Assembly: GCA_035439485.1 (NCBI GenBank)
Contig: DAORKI010000001.1
Span: 67,893-131,892 of the forward strand
Length of the DNA: 64,000 bases
Source of the DNA: Bacteroidia bacterium
Lineage (GTDB): Bacteria; Bacteroidota; Bacteroidia; UBA4408
Reading direction: 5' to 3'
Part shown: positions 19,168 to 29,326 of the stretch, in pieces
How the letters are laid out: each line of letters opens with the position of its first letter
How positions within the stretch are numbered: position 1 is the first letter of the stretch
Made by a program: the position numbers and the translations under genes
Notes under the pieces: generated by a model
Told to the model about the DNA's origin: nothing
The model's input: only the letters and a program-made list of their open reading frames with translations
The model's database searches: none

Positions 19168-20706
19168 TTATTGAGTTAATTTATAGCAGCGTAAATTTTT
19201 GTAAGTTCCTATGGGATTTTGAGTATACAGTTTGATCACCTCATGTTTTAAAAATGAGGTGTCATTGAGGATTAAAAATGATGCTCCCATTTTTATTTTA
19301 GATTCAAATTCAAATACTTTATACTTGCGATCGCTGTTAAAACCATATGAAGACCAACCACTTCTATTAAGCATGGCTAAGGTTCCATTTGGTGTGCCGT
19401 CATCAAGTGAAATTATTTTTGAAGATTTATCTATTCCAAAAGTTAATAATTTGGTCTCAAGATAATTATCATAATATACAGCATCCAGTTTTTGATGTCT
19501 CCAACCGCCTTTGTAGTAACATTTGTAAATATTTTTTCCAGTATATATTGCAAACAGAGCACAACATAACATAGTTGCTTTAGTATAAAAATTGATTTTA
19601 CTAAAATCAAATTTAGATAGAATATTAAAGGCAATTAAGCAAGTAAGAATGGGAAGTATAATTAAATTAACTAAATAATATTGCTGGTCTTGAAAGCCTT
19701 TCCAAAAGTAGGCAATAAACATACCTAGCCCCATACATAAAAATGATAGTAATTTGAAATAAAAGGCATCTGTTTTTTTTCTGAAAACAATAATAGTAAG
19801 CATACAAATAACGAATAAAGCCAAATTTAATGGCGATAAAATTTCAACATGAATTAATCTAAAGTTGTTTAAGGTATCCTTTATCTGCATGAAATTGTTT
19901 TCCCAAATAGGCCAGCCTTTCATAGCTTTTGTTCCAAAAAAAACAGTTTGATTTGATTGGTTAAATCTTATAGCATAACTATACCATGAAATTATAAGTA
20001 AAATTGAAATTAAGAAATGGGCAATTATGCGGTATTTATATTTTTTAATGGTATCGTAAAACACTGATTTACCATCAGCAAACCATAGTTCTAATATAAC
20101 AGAGCATAAAATAGCAATTACAAGTATTGATGCACTAGCTTTTAACAAACCTGCCAACGCAAAACAAAAAGCAGCTAAGCTCAATATTTTAATTTTTTGA
20201 GTATCGAAAAACCTTTGAAACAAATATAAACCTATAATATTAAAACTTAAGGCAGAAACATCGCTCAAAAAATTATTTGCATAAAAGAAAACTACAGGCG
20301 TACAAAAATAAAGTATGCAAATAAAATATGACAAAATATAATGGTTTGTAAACCTAAAAGTGAGCTTGAAAAGAAAATATAAACCTAAAAAAAAGATGCA
20401 TAAATTTAAACCTTTAAATAAAAAAAAGTGCACCCCAAAAAACTTAAAAAGTATAGCAGAAAGAAAATATATGATAGGGAATTCGCCAGCAGCATAGCCA
20501 TTTTGAGAAAAAAGAAAATGCACCTGAGGTTTAAAAAAATGGAAGCCATTTTGATAATAGTTTAGTGCAATAGAATAGCAATCGGCTTGTCGCCATAAAT
20601 CGGTTGATTGAGGACCTAAATTTATAGTTTCGTAAAATTTAAAATGAATTGAAAGTACTGTGAAAATGGCTATAAATGCGGCCTTATGTTGAAAATTGAT
20701 ATTCAT
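19168..20706 (-). CDS. Polytopic membrane protein, possibly a GT-C-fold (ArnT/PMT-like) glycosyltransferase.
   Basis: The ~400-aa hydrophobic N-terminal region has about 11 predicted TM helices, followed by a ~110-aa soluble C-terminal domain. The architecture resembles undecaprenyl-phosphate-sugar-dependent GT-C enzymes. No definitive motif is present. Confidence 0.45.
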   Translation of the reverse strand: MNINFQHKAAFIAIFTVLSIHFKFYETINLGPQSTDLWRQADCYSIALNYYQNGFHFFKPQVHFLFSQNGYAAGEFPIIYFLSAILFKFFGVHFFLFKGLNLCIFFLGLYFLFKLTFRFTNHYILSYFICILYFCTPVVFFYANNFLSDVSALSFNIIGLYLFQRFFDTQKIKILSLAAFCFALAGLLKASASILVIAILCSVILELWFADGKSVFYDTIKKYKYRIIAHFLISILLIISWYSYAIRFNQSNQTVFFGTKAMKGWPIWENNFMQIKDTLNNFRLIHVEILSPLNLALFVICMLTIIVFRKKTDAFYFKLLSFLCMGLGMFIAYFWKGFQDQQYYLVNLIILPILTCLIAFNILSKFDFSKINFYTKATMLCCALFAIYTGKNIYKCYYKGGWRHQKLDAVYYDNYLETKLLTFGIDKSSKIISLDDGTPNGTLAMLNRSGWSSYGFNSDRKYKVFEFESKIKMGASFLILNDTSFLKHEVIKLYTQNPIGTYKNLRCYKLTQ

Positions 20707-20830
20707 TCGGGTAATTTTCTTTAAAGTAATTGTCGCTCTTAAATCAAATGTAATAATATCATTTTTTTATCACATTGAGATTACTAAATTTGCGGCATTA
20801 AATATTTCTCACTTAATAAAAAAATATATC

Positions 20831-21769
20831 ATGAAAGTATCTGTTATTGGAGCAGGCAATGTGGGGGCTACCTGCGCAGATGTTATTGCTCATAAAGAGT
20901 TAGCTAATGAGGTTGTATTACTCGATATTAAAGAAAACTTTGCTGAAGGCAAGGCTTTAGATATGTGGCAAACAGCCCCAATAAATATGTATGACAGTCG
21001 CATCACTGGAAGTACCAATGATTATTCAAAAACTGCAGGTTCAGATGTAGTGGTTATCACTTCAGGTTTGCCTCGTAAACCTGGTATGAGCCGCGATGAT
21101 TTAATTGCTACCAATGCTGGAATTGTTAAAACTGTTACTGAAAATGTAATTAAATACTCTCCTAATGCAATAATTATTGTTGTTTCAAACCCTTTAGATG
21201 TAATGACCTATTGCGCTTACTTAAACGCAAAATTACCATCAAATAAAGTGTTTGGAATGGCTGGAATACTTGATACAGCTCGTTACAAAGCATTTTTAGC
21301 AACCGAGTTGAATGTATCACCAAAAGACATTCAGGCCGTTTTAATGGGTGGGCATGGCGATACTATGGTGCCACTGCCTAGATACACAACAGTTGGTGGA
21401 ATTCCAGTAACCGAGCTGGTGGCAAAAGATAAATTAGATGCCATTATTGAACGAACCAAAAAAGGTGGAGGTGAAATTGTTAACTTACTTGGAACTTCGG
21501 CTTGGTATGCACCAGGAGCTGCTGCTGCTCAAATGGTTGAGGCTATAGTGCGTGACCAAAAAAGAGTATTTCCAGTTTGTGCTTGGCTTAATGGTGAGTA
21601 TGGCATGAAAGATATTTACATGGGAGTGCCAGTTGTACTTGGTAAAAATGGTATCGAAAAAATAATTGAATTAAAGCTTAATAATGATGAAATGCAACTT
21701 TGCAATGAATCAGCAAAAGCTGTTAAAGAGGTAATGGCTGTTTTAGACAATATGAAAGCAACGGCATAA
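20831..21769 (+). CDS. mdh: Malate dehydrogenase (LDH/MDH family, NAD-dependent).
   Basis: MKVSVIGAGNVGATCA Rossmann motif. ITSGLPRKPGMSRDDL and catalytic GGHGDTMVP motifs. 312 aa from the ATG at 20831; the upstream extension in the track is spurious. Confidence 0.9.
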   Translation: MKVSVIGAGNVGATCADVIAHKELANEVVLLDIKENFAEGKALDMWQTAPINMYDSRITGSTNDYSKTAGSDVVVITSGLPRKPGMSRDDLIATNAGIVKTVTENVIKYSPNAIIIVVSNPLDVMTYCAYLNAKLPSNKVFGMAGILDTARYKAFLATELNVSPKDIQAVLMGGHGDTMVPLPRYTTVGGIPVTELVAKDKLDAIIERTKKGGGEIVNLLGTSAWYAPGAAAAQMVEAIVRDQKRVFPVCAWLNGEYGMKDIYMGVPVVLGKNGIEKIIELKLNNDEMQLCNESAKAVKEVMAVLDNMKATA

Positions 21770-21790
21770 ACTAATTTTTTCAAACTATAA

Positions 21791-21823
21791 GGGTTACATC
21801 GTACGATGTAACCCTTTTTTTAT
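21791..21823 (+). terminator. Rho-independent terminator downstream of mdh.
   Basis: Perfect 24-nt palindrome GGGTTACATCGTACGATGTAACCC (10-bp stem, GTAC loop), immediately followed by TTTTTTTTATT. Confidence 0.8.
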
Positions 21824-21854
21824 TATGTTTACCTCTTAATTAATAAATAAGCAA

Positions 21855-23444
21855 TTGAAAAAAATAAAATTCTTTCAATATTTCTCTCTTGGTTTATTTT
21901 TGGTAATTTTAGGTGCTTGTAAAAAACGAGAAGCAACTGATTGGGATACCAATTTATTAGGACCATTATTTAAAACAACCTTGAGTATTGACCAAATATT
22001 ACCTGACTCGTTAACACAAATAAACTCCGACAATTCTATTAATGTAGTTTACGATGATTTATTTAATAGTAGTGGTTTTGTTAATACCAATCAATTGCCA
22101 GATACAGCCATTTTGAAATACTTTACTATTCCTTTTGGCACAATATTCTTGAATGCTGGCGATAACTTTATGGATCTAACTGAAGAATCAAATCTAAATT
22201 TTTCACCGCTTGAATTATCACGTTTAATAATAAAGTCAGGTGAAATAGAGGTGAAAATTGTAAACAAAATCACACAGCCAGTTGACATTACTTATATTCT
22301 TCCTAAAGCGCTTAAAAATGGTCAGCCATATACATTTAATGCTACTATTCCAGCATATAACTCTAGCAATGGCGGAAATTACAGCGCTAGTTTTAATTTA
22401 GATGGTTATGATGTTGATTTAAGAGGTTTATCAGGTGCTTTTGTAAATAGATTGGTTACTCATTTAATAGCCAATGTGAGCACTTCTGCTAATGGTTTGG
22501 CTCAAATAAACTCAACTGACAGTTTAAAAGTTTCAATTAAGCTAAAGAGCATTGTTCCCTATTATGCGAAAGGTTACTTTGGGCAAAGCAAAGATACGAG
22601 CTATACAGATTCAAAACTAACTTTGTTTGATCGCATAGTTGCAGGAAATTTTTCGTTACAAGAGGCAAAATTAAATTTAGATATAAGAAATGGTATTGGA
22701 GCCGATATTAGAGCAGGTTTACTTTCATTTAAATCTACCAATAGCAAAACAGGAAATACGGTTTCACTTCAACACAACAGTGTTTCACAAATATTTAATG
22801 TACACAGGGCTACGGATAATCCTTTTATACCTAGTTTATATAGCTTCGAATATAATAATACAAATAGTAATTTGGTGAGCTTGTTAGAAAATATGCCTAC
22901 CAGTTTTAATTATGGCTATTATGCCGAACTTAACCCTTTTGGAAATATTTCTAATGGGAACGATTTTGTTTATACTGATAAAGCTGTTGAAGCACATGTA
23001 AGACTGGATATTCCATTACATTTTTCATCAAATAATTTAACATTGATTGACACCATTTTCTTACAAGATGATTCATTAGGAGAACATAATACGGTTAAAT
23101 CAGCCGTGCTCAAATTAATTGCTGTTAACAGTTTTCCTTTTGATGCTGATGTTAAATTTTATTTGTTAGATAATAATCTTCAAAAACAGGAACAGTTGAT
23201 GGACAAAAGCACGATTATGGCTGCTCAACCTGAGGCGGATGGAAAGGTTAGAACTCCACAAGAAAGTAGACTTCCTATTACCATTAGTAACGAACTATTA
23301 AATAAATTATTAGAAAAAAGAAAAGTGTTGGCAGTAGTAACCATTAATACTTTCAATAATCCAATGAAGTACAAAATTTATAGCGATTATAAATTGGATT
23401 TGAAACTAACTGGGAATTTATTGTTTAATGTTCAAGTGAAATAA
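21855..23444 (+). CDS. Hypothetical lipoprotein of unknown function, 529 aa.
   Basis: TTG start. Signal peptide plus lipobox (LVILGACKK). No recognisable domain. It is first in a long co-directional gene string. Confidence 0.5.
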   Translation: MKKIKFFQYFSLGLFLVILGACKKREATDWDTNLLGPLFKTTLSIDQILPDSLTQINSDNSINVVYDDLFNSSGFVNTNQLPDTAILKYFTIPFGTIFLNAGDNFMDLTEESNLNFSPLELSRLIIKSGEIEVKIVNKITQPVDITYILPKALKNGQPYTFNATIPAYNSSNGGNYSASFNLDGYDVDLRGLSGAFVNRLVTHLIANVSTSANGLAQINSTDSLKVSIKLKSIVPYYAKGYFGQSKDTSYTDSKLTLFDRIVAGNFSLQEAKLNLDIRNGIGADIRAGLLSFKSTNSKTGNTVSLQHNSVSQIFNVHRATDNPFIPSLYSFEYNNTNSNLVSLLENMPTSFNYGYYAELNPFGNISNGNDFVYTDKAVEAHVRLDIPLHFSSNNLTLIDTIFLQDDSLGEHNTVKSAVLKLIAVNSFPFDADVKFYLLDNNLQKQEQLMDKSTIMAAQPEADGKVRTPQESRLPITISNELLNKLLEKRKVLAVVTINTFNNPMKYKIYSDYKLDLKLTGNLLFNVQVK

Positions 23445-23460
23445 GGGAGAATAAAGCAAT

Positions 23461-24726
23461 ATGAACAAAATAAGTTTAAGTATTATTTTCATTTTTTGTA
23501 CATTCAATTTTTTGTTGGCTCAAGGAAATTTTATGAACGATTCGGCATGGACAAAAAAGCACTTTAACATAGATATATATGGCAATTTAACTGCTAAATC
23601 AAATGCTTTTCCAAATGATTTTTATAAACAATTTTATTATGGCGGTTACTTAAGTAATGAAGTTAAATTAAATGCCGCAAAAGATTTGAAAAATGTCAAT
23701 AGATTTGGTGGAGATGGTGATGTCAGCATTCAATTTAGGCATAATATAGATAGTATTTTTAAAAAAACAGGTTGGAGTTACTTAGTGCGTATTGCAGAAA
23801 GAAGACATCTTAATTTAGAAATGACCAAAGACTTTTTTAATGTGGGTTTTTTTGGCAATGCCATGTACGAAAACAAAACAGCTCAACTGGCAAAATTTCA
23901 AATGGATTTTATTTCCTATCAACAAGCAGGACTTGGGGTAGAGAAAACATTGATGATAAAAGACAATTTACATCAACTTGGTTTAGTAGGTAGTTACTTA
24001 ATTGGTAGAAATGCGCAAAAGGCAATTATTGATAAGGCAAATTTATTTACAGCTATTGATGGTGAATATCTTGATTTAGAAATTAATGGGAAGTATAATA
24101 GAACTGACAGTATTAAGAACAAGCAATTGATTCCAAATCCTACAAAAGGAGAGGGTTTTAGTATTGATTTATATTATCAATTAATTACAATTGAAAAACA
24201 TAAATTACAATTATCAGTGCTTGATTTTGGATATTTATTTTGGCAAAATAGTGCCATAGCTTATCAGTATGATACTTTATTTAGGTTTGAAGGAATTGAT
24301 ATCAGAAATTTGATTGATATTAACGATTCATTAATTAATTTGTCAAAAGACACTTTAGTAAATTTGGGAAAAAGGAGTTCAACAAAGTCCTTTAAAACAT
24401 CGTTACCAACTTGGTTTCAGGTTAATTATAGCCACAATTTATTACCTGGAAAATTGGCCTTAAACTTTGTAGGGAGATATCGTTTTAATGATGTTTACCT
24501 TCCATTTTTGGCTGTTGGAGCAACTTACTATTTTAATAAAAGCACCAATGCTTCATTTAATATTGGCTACGGAGGCTATGGAAGTTTTAATTATGCATTC
24601 ATCATTAATCAAAGGGTTTGGAGGTATTTTACTGTTGGACTTGGAACAAATCAATTGGAAGGCTTGCTTATGCCTAAAAAAGCAAATGGACAAAGTATTG
24701 TTTTTAGTATTAAAAGTTGGTTTTGA
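23461..24726 (+). CDS. Hypothetical outer-membrane beta-barrel-like protein, 421 aa.
   Basis: Cleavable signal peptide (FNFLLAQ). Alternating amphipathic strands. The C-terminus ends in SWF, as is typical for OM beta-barrels. Confidence 0.5.
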   Translation: MNKISLSIIFIFCTFNFLLAQGNFMNDSAWTKKHFNIDIYGNLTAKSNAFPNDFYKQFYYGGYLSNEVKLNAAKDLKNVNRFGGDGDVSIQFRHNIDSIFKKTGWSYLVRIAERRHLNLEMTKDFFNVGFFGNAMYENKTAQLAKFQMDFISYQQAGLGVEKTLMIKDNLHQLGLVGSYLIGRNAQKAIIDKANLFTAIDGEYLDLEINGKYNRTDSIKNKQLIPNPTKGEGFSIDLYYQLITIEKHKLQLSVLDFGYLFWQNSAIAYQYDTLFRFEGIDIRNLIDINDSLINLSKDTLVNLGKRSSTKSFKTSLPTWFQVNYSHNLLPGKLALNFVGRYRFNDVYLPFLAVGATYYFNKSTNASFNIGYGGYGSFNYAFIINQRVWRYFTVGLGTNQLEGLLMPKKANGQSIVFSIKSWF

Positions 24727-26195
24727 TGAAAATGTTCAATCTATTTTTATTGAATAGGTCTAACATATTCATTGTAATACTTGGGATAGTTTTTTTTAGT
24801 TTGACAACTTATAAAGCTTCACATTCCTCTTTTACTCATGATGAAAGTTTTACATATCTTTCTTATGTAAAAAAAAGTATTATTGGTATTATTACTCTGG
24901 AAGAGCCAGTGAGTGCCAACAATCACATATTGAATAGTTTAAGTATGAAAGTTGTGGATAAAATATTAAACCCAACTCCATTTAATTTGAGACTACCGAA
25001 TTTAATAGGACACCTTTTTTTTATTACGTTTTCAGCCTTAATTTCATTAAACTTTAGAAACAATTTTTTAAGAATTTCATCATTTATTTTATTAAATGCT
25101 AATTTATATTTATTAGATATTTTTTCATTGGCAAGAGGATATGGCTTATCACTTGGCTTTTTAATGGCACATTGGTATTTTTTTGGTAGAGTATTTTTCC
25201 AAAAGACACCTGATTTAAGTTTTAGATTAAGTTTAATTTTTTTACTACTTTCTTTTTTTTCAAATTTTTCAATACTATACTATGTAGTTTCATTTTTTTT
25301 AATTATTTCTCTTTTCCTAATAAAAATAAAGAGTTCGATAATCAATTGGGAATTTGTTCGGAGAAATAGTTATGTATTAATTTCTGTTATAATTGTTGTA
25401 ATTGTAATTATAATTGGCCCAATTGCCAAATTAATAAAACATAATCAGCTCTATTTTGGTGGAAATAGAAATATATTTGATGATACTATCAATTCTTTGG
25501 TTTTTTATTCGCTTGATCCAATAAATCTAAGCAACAATCTAGTTCATTTGATTAATACACTTACTTTAATCAGCATAATTATCTTAACATATTGGTTTTT
25601 CAGAAAATTATACCTAAATAAAATTTTGAATTTGTTCTTTTTTAGTACGGGATGCATGTTATTTATTGCGATTATTCAAATTGCCTTGTTTTATTTAATT
25701 GATACTAGGTATTTAATTCAGCGTACTGCCATTTTTTTAATTCCCCTTTATATGCTATCTGTGCTTTATTTTATTGATGATATTAATATTTTATTGGTTC
25801 ATAAATTTACAGCGATGATTTCTTTAATAACTGGGCTTATCGTAATAATTTATTTGCCTAAACACAATTCATTAAATTGGAAATATGATGCAGAAAATGA
25901 GCTATTAATCTCTAATTTGGAAAAGTACTATTATCAATCAAATAAGTCTGAAAAGCTCAAACTTGGAATTGATTGGATATTTCAGCCATCATTGAACTTT
26001 TATAGAGCAACAACAAAAACAGGCTTATGGTTAGATACGTTAAAAAGGGAAGGATTTGAAGATGGTAATTATGAATTCTATTTTGTAGAATCAAGCAACA
26101 TGAGTAAATTTGTTGATACAAATCAGTTTAAGATATTTAAAAAATTTCCAGTAACAGGAAATTTGTTGATTAAAAATGAAAATTTTGATAAGTAA
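24726..26195 (+). CDS. Polytopic membrane protein, GT-C-fold glycosyltransferase-like (ArnT/PMT-like).
   Basis: The ATG overlaps the upstream TGA (tgATG). The N-terminus carries HDESFTY, resembling the DExxY/DE motif of GT-C glycosyltransferases, on the first extracytoplasmic loop. About 11 TM helices, then a soluble C-terminal domain. The 3' end overlaps kdsA by 20 nt. Confidence 0.5.
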   Translation: MKMFNLFLLNRSNIFIVILGIVFFSLTTYKASHSSFTHDESFTYLSYVKKSIIGIITLEEPVSANNHILNSLSMKVVDKILNPTPFNLRLPNLIGHLFFITFSALISLNFRNNFLRISSFILLNANLYLLDIFSLARGYGLSLGFLMAHWYFFGRVFFQKTPDLSFRLSLIFLLLSFFSNFSILYYVVSFFLIISLFLIKIKSSIINWEFVRRNSYVLISVIIVVIVIIIGPIAKLIKHNQLYFGGNRNIFDDTINSLVFYSLDPINLSNNLVHLINTLTLISIIILTYWFFRKLYLNKILNLFFFSTGCMLFIAIIQIALFYLIDTRYLIQRTAIFLIPLYMLSVLYFIDDINILLVHKFTAMISLITGLIVIIYLPKHNSLNWKYDAENELLISNLEKYYYQSNKSEKLKLGIDWIFQPSLNFYRATTKTGLWLDTLKREGFEDGNYEFYFVESSNMSKFVDTNQFKIFKKFPVTGNLLIKNENFDK

Positions 26196-26997
26196 AATTA
26201 ATAAAATAGGAAACGTTGAGAGTGGTAATTTTCTTCTTCTGGCAGGTCCTTGCGTAGTAGAAAGTAAAGCAAATTTATTTGAAATAGCCTCACATTTGAG
26301 CCGTATTTCTGCTGAATTAAAAATTCCGTTGGTTTTAAAAGCTTCTTATAAAAAAGCCAATAGATCAAAACTAAGCTCATTTACAGGAATTGGAAATGAA
26401 AAGGCATTAGAAATATTAGCATTGGCAGGAGAACAATATAATTTACCAACTGTAACTGATATTCATACAGAGCAAGAAGCAGCATTAGCCGCAAAATATG
26501 TTGATGTATTGCAAATTCCAGCCTTTTTATGTAGGCAAACGGATTTGTTATTGGCAGCTGGAGAAACTGGGAAATGGGTAAATATTAAGAAAGGTCAATT
26601 TGTATCGGCATACTCAATGAAATTTGCAGTAGAAAAAGTGAGACAATCAGGAAATCATCAAATTATGCTTACCGAGAGAGGCACTACTTTTGGCTATCAT
26701 GATTTAATTGTTGATTACAGAAATATTCCTGAAATGCAAAAGCATGATGTGCCAGTAGTTCTTGATGTTACACACTCTTTACAACAACCTAATCAAGAAA
26801 GTGGCGTTACAGGTGGTAGGCCTGATTTAATTCCAACCATTGCTGCTGCAGGCGTGGCTGCTGGTGCTGATGGTTTATTTATTGAAACACACCCTGATCC
26901 CAAAAATGCCAAGTCAGATGGTGCTAATATGCTTCAATTGGATGAGATTGAGCCATTAATGAAAAAATTGATAAAAATTAGACAGGCAATCAAATAA
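26176..26997 (+). CDS. kdsA: 3-deoxy-8-phosphooctulonate (KDO-8-P) synthase.
   Basis: NFLLLAGPCVVES N-terminal motif with a DAHP/KDO8P synthase TIM-barrel profile throughout. Length is 273 aa. Confidence 0.85.
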   Translation: MKILISKINKIGNVESGNFLLLAGPCVVESKANLFEIASHLSRISAELKIPLVLKASYKKANRSKLSSFTGIGNEKALEILALAGEQYNLPTVTDIHTEQEAALAAKYVDVLQIPAFLCRQTDLLLAAGETGKWVNIKKGQFVSAYSMKFAVEKVRQSGNHQIMLTERGTTFGYHDLIVDYRNIPEMQKHDVPVVLDVTHSLQQPNQESGVTGGRPDLIPTIAAAGVAAGADGLFIETHPDPKNAKSDGANMLQLDEIEPLMKKLIKIRQAIK

Positions 26998-26999
26998 AA

Positions 27000-28517
27000 A
27001 TGAGAGACTTGAAATTATACCTTTTGTTAACCTTATTATTCATGTTTGGCGTTAATATTTTTTGCTATGATTTGGCTAAAGCACAAACACAAAAATTTCA
27101 AAAAGTTTATGGTGGTTATTCCTATGATCAAGGCAATGATTTAATACAATTGGCTGATACAGGTTATTTGCTTCTTTGCACTTCAAATAGTTTTTCTACA
27201 AGCTCTGACCTTTATTTGCTCAAAGTTGACAAACTTGGGAATTACGAATGGCAACATACCTATGGAGGCAATGAAATAGAAGGAGCATGTAAAATAAAAT
27301 TCACCAATGATGGAAACATAGTTTTAGCAGGTCACACCAGTAGCTTTGTAAACAATTCGTACGATTTTTATTTAATAAAAGCGAATATGTTGGGGGATAC
27401 CATTTGGACTAAACATTATGGAGGAAGTGAATGGGATTTTGCCAATAGTATGGATACTTGTGCTGATGGTGGTTTTATTATGGCTGGTAAAACTTATGAC
27501 ACAGGGAACGAATTCAGTGACATGTTAATTATTAAGGTTGATGCTAATGGCAATGAGCAATGGCAAAAGAAAATTGGTGGAAATAAAGATGATGTTGCAA
27601 ATGCAATAGTAACTGTGGCAGATGGTTATTTGATATGTGGTAGCACAGAAAGTATTGGTTCTGGTAGTAAAGACATTTATGTAATTAAATTAGATATAAA
27701 TGGGAATTTGATTTGGGAACGAACATTTGGTGATATTTATGATGACGAAGGAGCCAATGTTTATATTGAGTCAAGTGGGCTATTGGTGATTTCAGGAAAA
27801 ACTAAGTTAGTTAACTACCCAAATAACTATAACACCTTCTTGATTAAGATTAGAAATGATGGTTCTCAATATTGGGCATTTCAAAATAGCTCAATAGGAA
27901 CGGTAGGTAATCAAATTAATTTTGCCATTCCTGGATACAATAACGGAATAACTTCAGTAGGACAATTCGATCTTAATTTTCCAGGTGTAAATGACGTTTT
28001 TCTATATATTAATGATTCTTCAGGAAGTTATTTAAATAGCGGAACCTATGGTGGAAGTTTTGAAGATGTTGGAAAAAGTGTAATTAAAACTTTAGATTAT
28101 GGCTATGCTGTTATTGGCACTTCAAATAGTTTTGGGTCAGGACTTTCTAATATCTATTTTATAAAAACTGATACTTTGACACCCTCAGATGTTGACTTAA
28201 CAGTTTATGTTGGTGTAAATGAGAAAAGCATTTTAGCTGAGGTTCAGAATCAAATTTACCCTAATCCAATTCAACATTCAGCCACGATTTCTTTAAATTA
28301 TCCATATTCAATTTTTGCTGACCAAAATTTTAATTTAAACATCATAAATCAGCTTGGAGAAAATGTGAGTAATCAAGTTGATATTATGTTAAAGGACTAC
28401 AGTAATTCAACAAACATCATCTTAAATAATTTAAGTTTGGCCAACGGCATGTATTATTACAATATAAATGTTAGTGGTAAATCCATCACACAAGGAAAGT
28501 TTACAGTACTCAAATAA
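27000..28517 (+). CDS. Secreted beta-propeller-repeat protein with a T9SS type A C-terminal domain.
   Basis: Signal peptide, then about seven ~48-aa repeats (YGG...D.a.....DGGfI.AG.T.S.G.G..DiyvIK.D.nGN..W). The C-terminus (IYPNPIQHSATISLNY...GMYYYNINVSGKSITQGKFTVLK) matches the Por secretion tail. Confidence 0.7.
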   Translation: MRDLKLYLLLTLLFMFGVNIFCYDLAKAQTQKFQKVYGGYSYDQGNDLIQLADTGYLLLCTSNSFSTSSDLYLLKVDKLGNYEWQHTYGGNEIEGACKIKFTNDGNIVLAGHTSSFVNNSYDFYLIKANMLGDTIWTKHYGGSEWDFANSMDTCADGGFIMAGKTYDTGNEFSDMLIIKVDANGNEQWQKKIGGNKDDVANAIVTVADGYLICGSTESIGSGSKDIYVIKLDINGNLIWERTFGDIYDDEGANVYIESSGLLVISGKTKLVNYPNNYNTFLIKIRNDGSQYWAFQNSSIGTVGNQINFAIPGYNNGITSVGQFDLNFPGVNDVFLYINDSSGSYLNSGTYGGSFEDVGKSVIKTLDYGYAVIGTSNSFGSGLSNIYFIKTDTLTPSDVDLTVYVGVNEKSILAEVQNQIYPNPIQHSATISLNYPYSIFADQNFNLNIINQLGENVSNQVDIMLKDYSNSTNIILNNLSLANGMYYYNINVSGKSITQGKFTVLK

Positions 28518-29317
28518 TGCATCAATTTTATCGAGATAAAGTAGTTTGGATTACCGGTGCATCATCTGGAATTGGAGCAGCATTAGCCTATGAATTGGCT
28601 CATTTTGAAATTAAATTAATAATATCTGCCAGGCGTTATCAAGAACTTCAAGATTTAAAGGAAAAATGTAATTCACTTCCTGCAGAAATTTATATTTTAC
28701 CATTTGATTTATTAGCTCTTGACAACTTTGAAAGCTTGACCAATCAAGTGATAAGTAAACATGGTAGAATAGACATTTTGTTTAATAATGGTGGCATAAG
28801 TCAGCGTTCTTTGCTAAGTGAAACTCCAATTGAAGTGGACAGAAAAATTATGGAAATTAATTTTTTTGCCAATATCAAGCTAAGCAAATGCGTTTTGCCT
28901 TTTATGCTCAAACAAAACTATGGTCATTTTGTAATAACAAGCAGTCTTTCAGGGAAGTTTGGTTTTTACGAACGTTCCGCGTATGCGGCATCAAAACATG
29001 CGCTCCATGGTTTTTATGAGTCATTATTTTTGGAAAATAGAACTCAAGGCGTTAGAATTACAATGATTTGTCCTGGATCAATAAAAACAGATATTGCTCA
29101 ATTTGCCTTAAATAAAGAAGGTTTGCCTGCTATGGCTAAAGATGGTAGATTAGAAAAAGGGATGGAAGCATCGGTTTGTGCACAAAGAATTATTCAAGCC
29201 GTAGCCAAAGAAAAGTTGGAAGTATTGGTAGGGAAATCGGAAATCATACCTGTATATTTAAAGAGATTTTTTCCAATGCTTTTTTGGAAATTAATGTATA
29301 AATTAAGGCCAAATTAG
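28517..29317 (+). CDS. Short-chain dehydrogenase/reductase family oxidoreductase.
   Basis: VVWITGASSGIGAALAYELA Rossmann motif, NNGG motif and catalytic YAASKHAL (YxxxK). The start overlaps the upstream stop by 1 nt. Confidence 0.85.
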   Translation: MHQFYRDKVVWITGASSGIGAALAYELAHFEIKLIISARRYQELQDLKEKCNSLPAEIYILPFDLLALDNFESLTNQVISKHGRIDILFNNGGISQRSLLSETPIEVDRKIMEINFFANIKLSKCVLPFMLKQNYGHFVITSSLSGKFGFYERSAYAASKHALHGFYESLFLENRTQGVRITMICPGSIKTDIAQFALNKEGLPAMAKDGRLEKGMEASVCAQRIIQAVAKEKLEVLVGKSEIIPVYLKRFFPMLFWKLMYKLRPN

Positions 29318-29326
29318 AATAATCTA

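Noticed and set aside
20696-20830. Upstream extension of the mdh ORF as given in the track (start at 20696).
   Set aside because: The conserved MDH N-terminus (MKVSVIGAGNVG) begins at the ATG at 20831. The extension overlaps the divergent membrane-protein gene start.
24488-24757. Plus-strand 89-aa ORF overlapping the 3' end of the OM beta-barrel gene and the start of the GT-C-like gene.
   Set aside because: It is an alternative frame across two translationally coupled genes (tgATG junction at 24724-24728) with no independent support.
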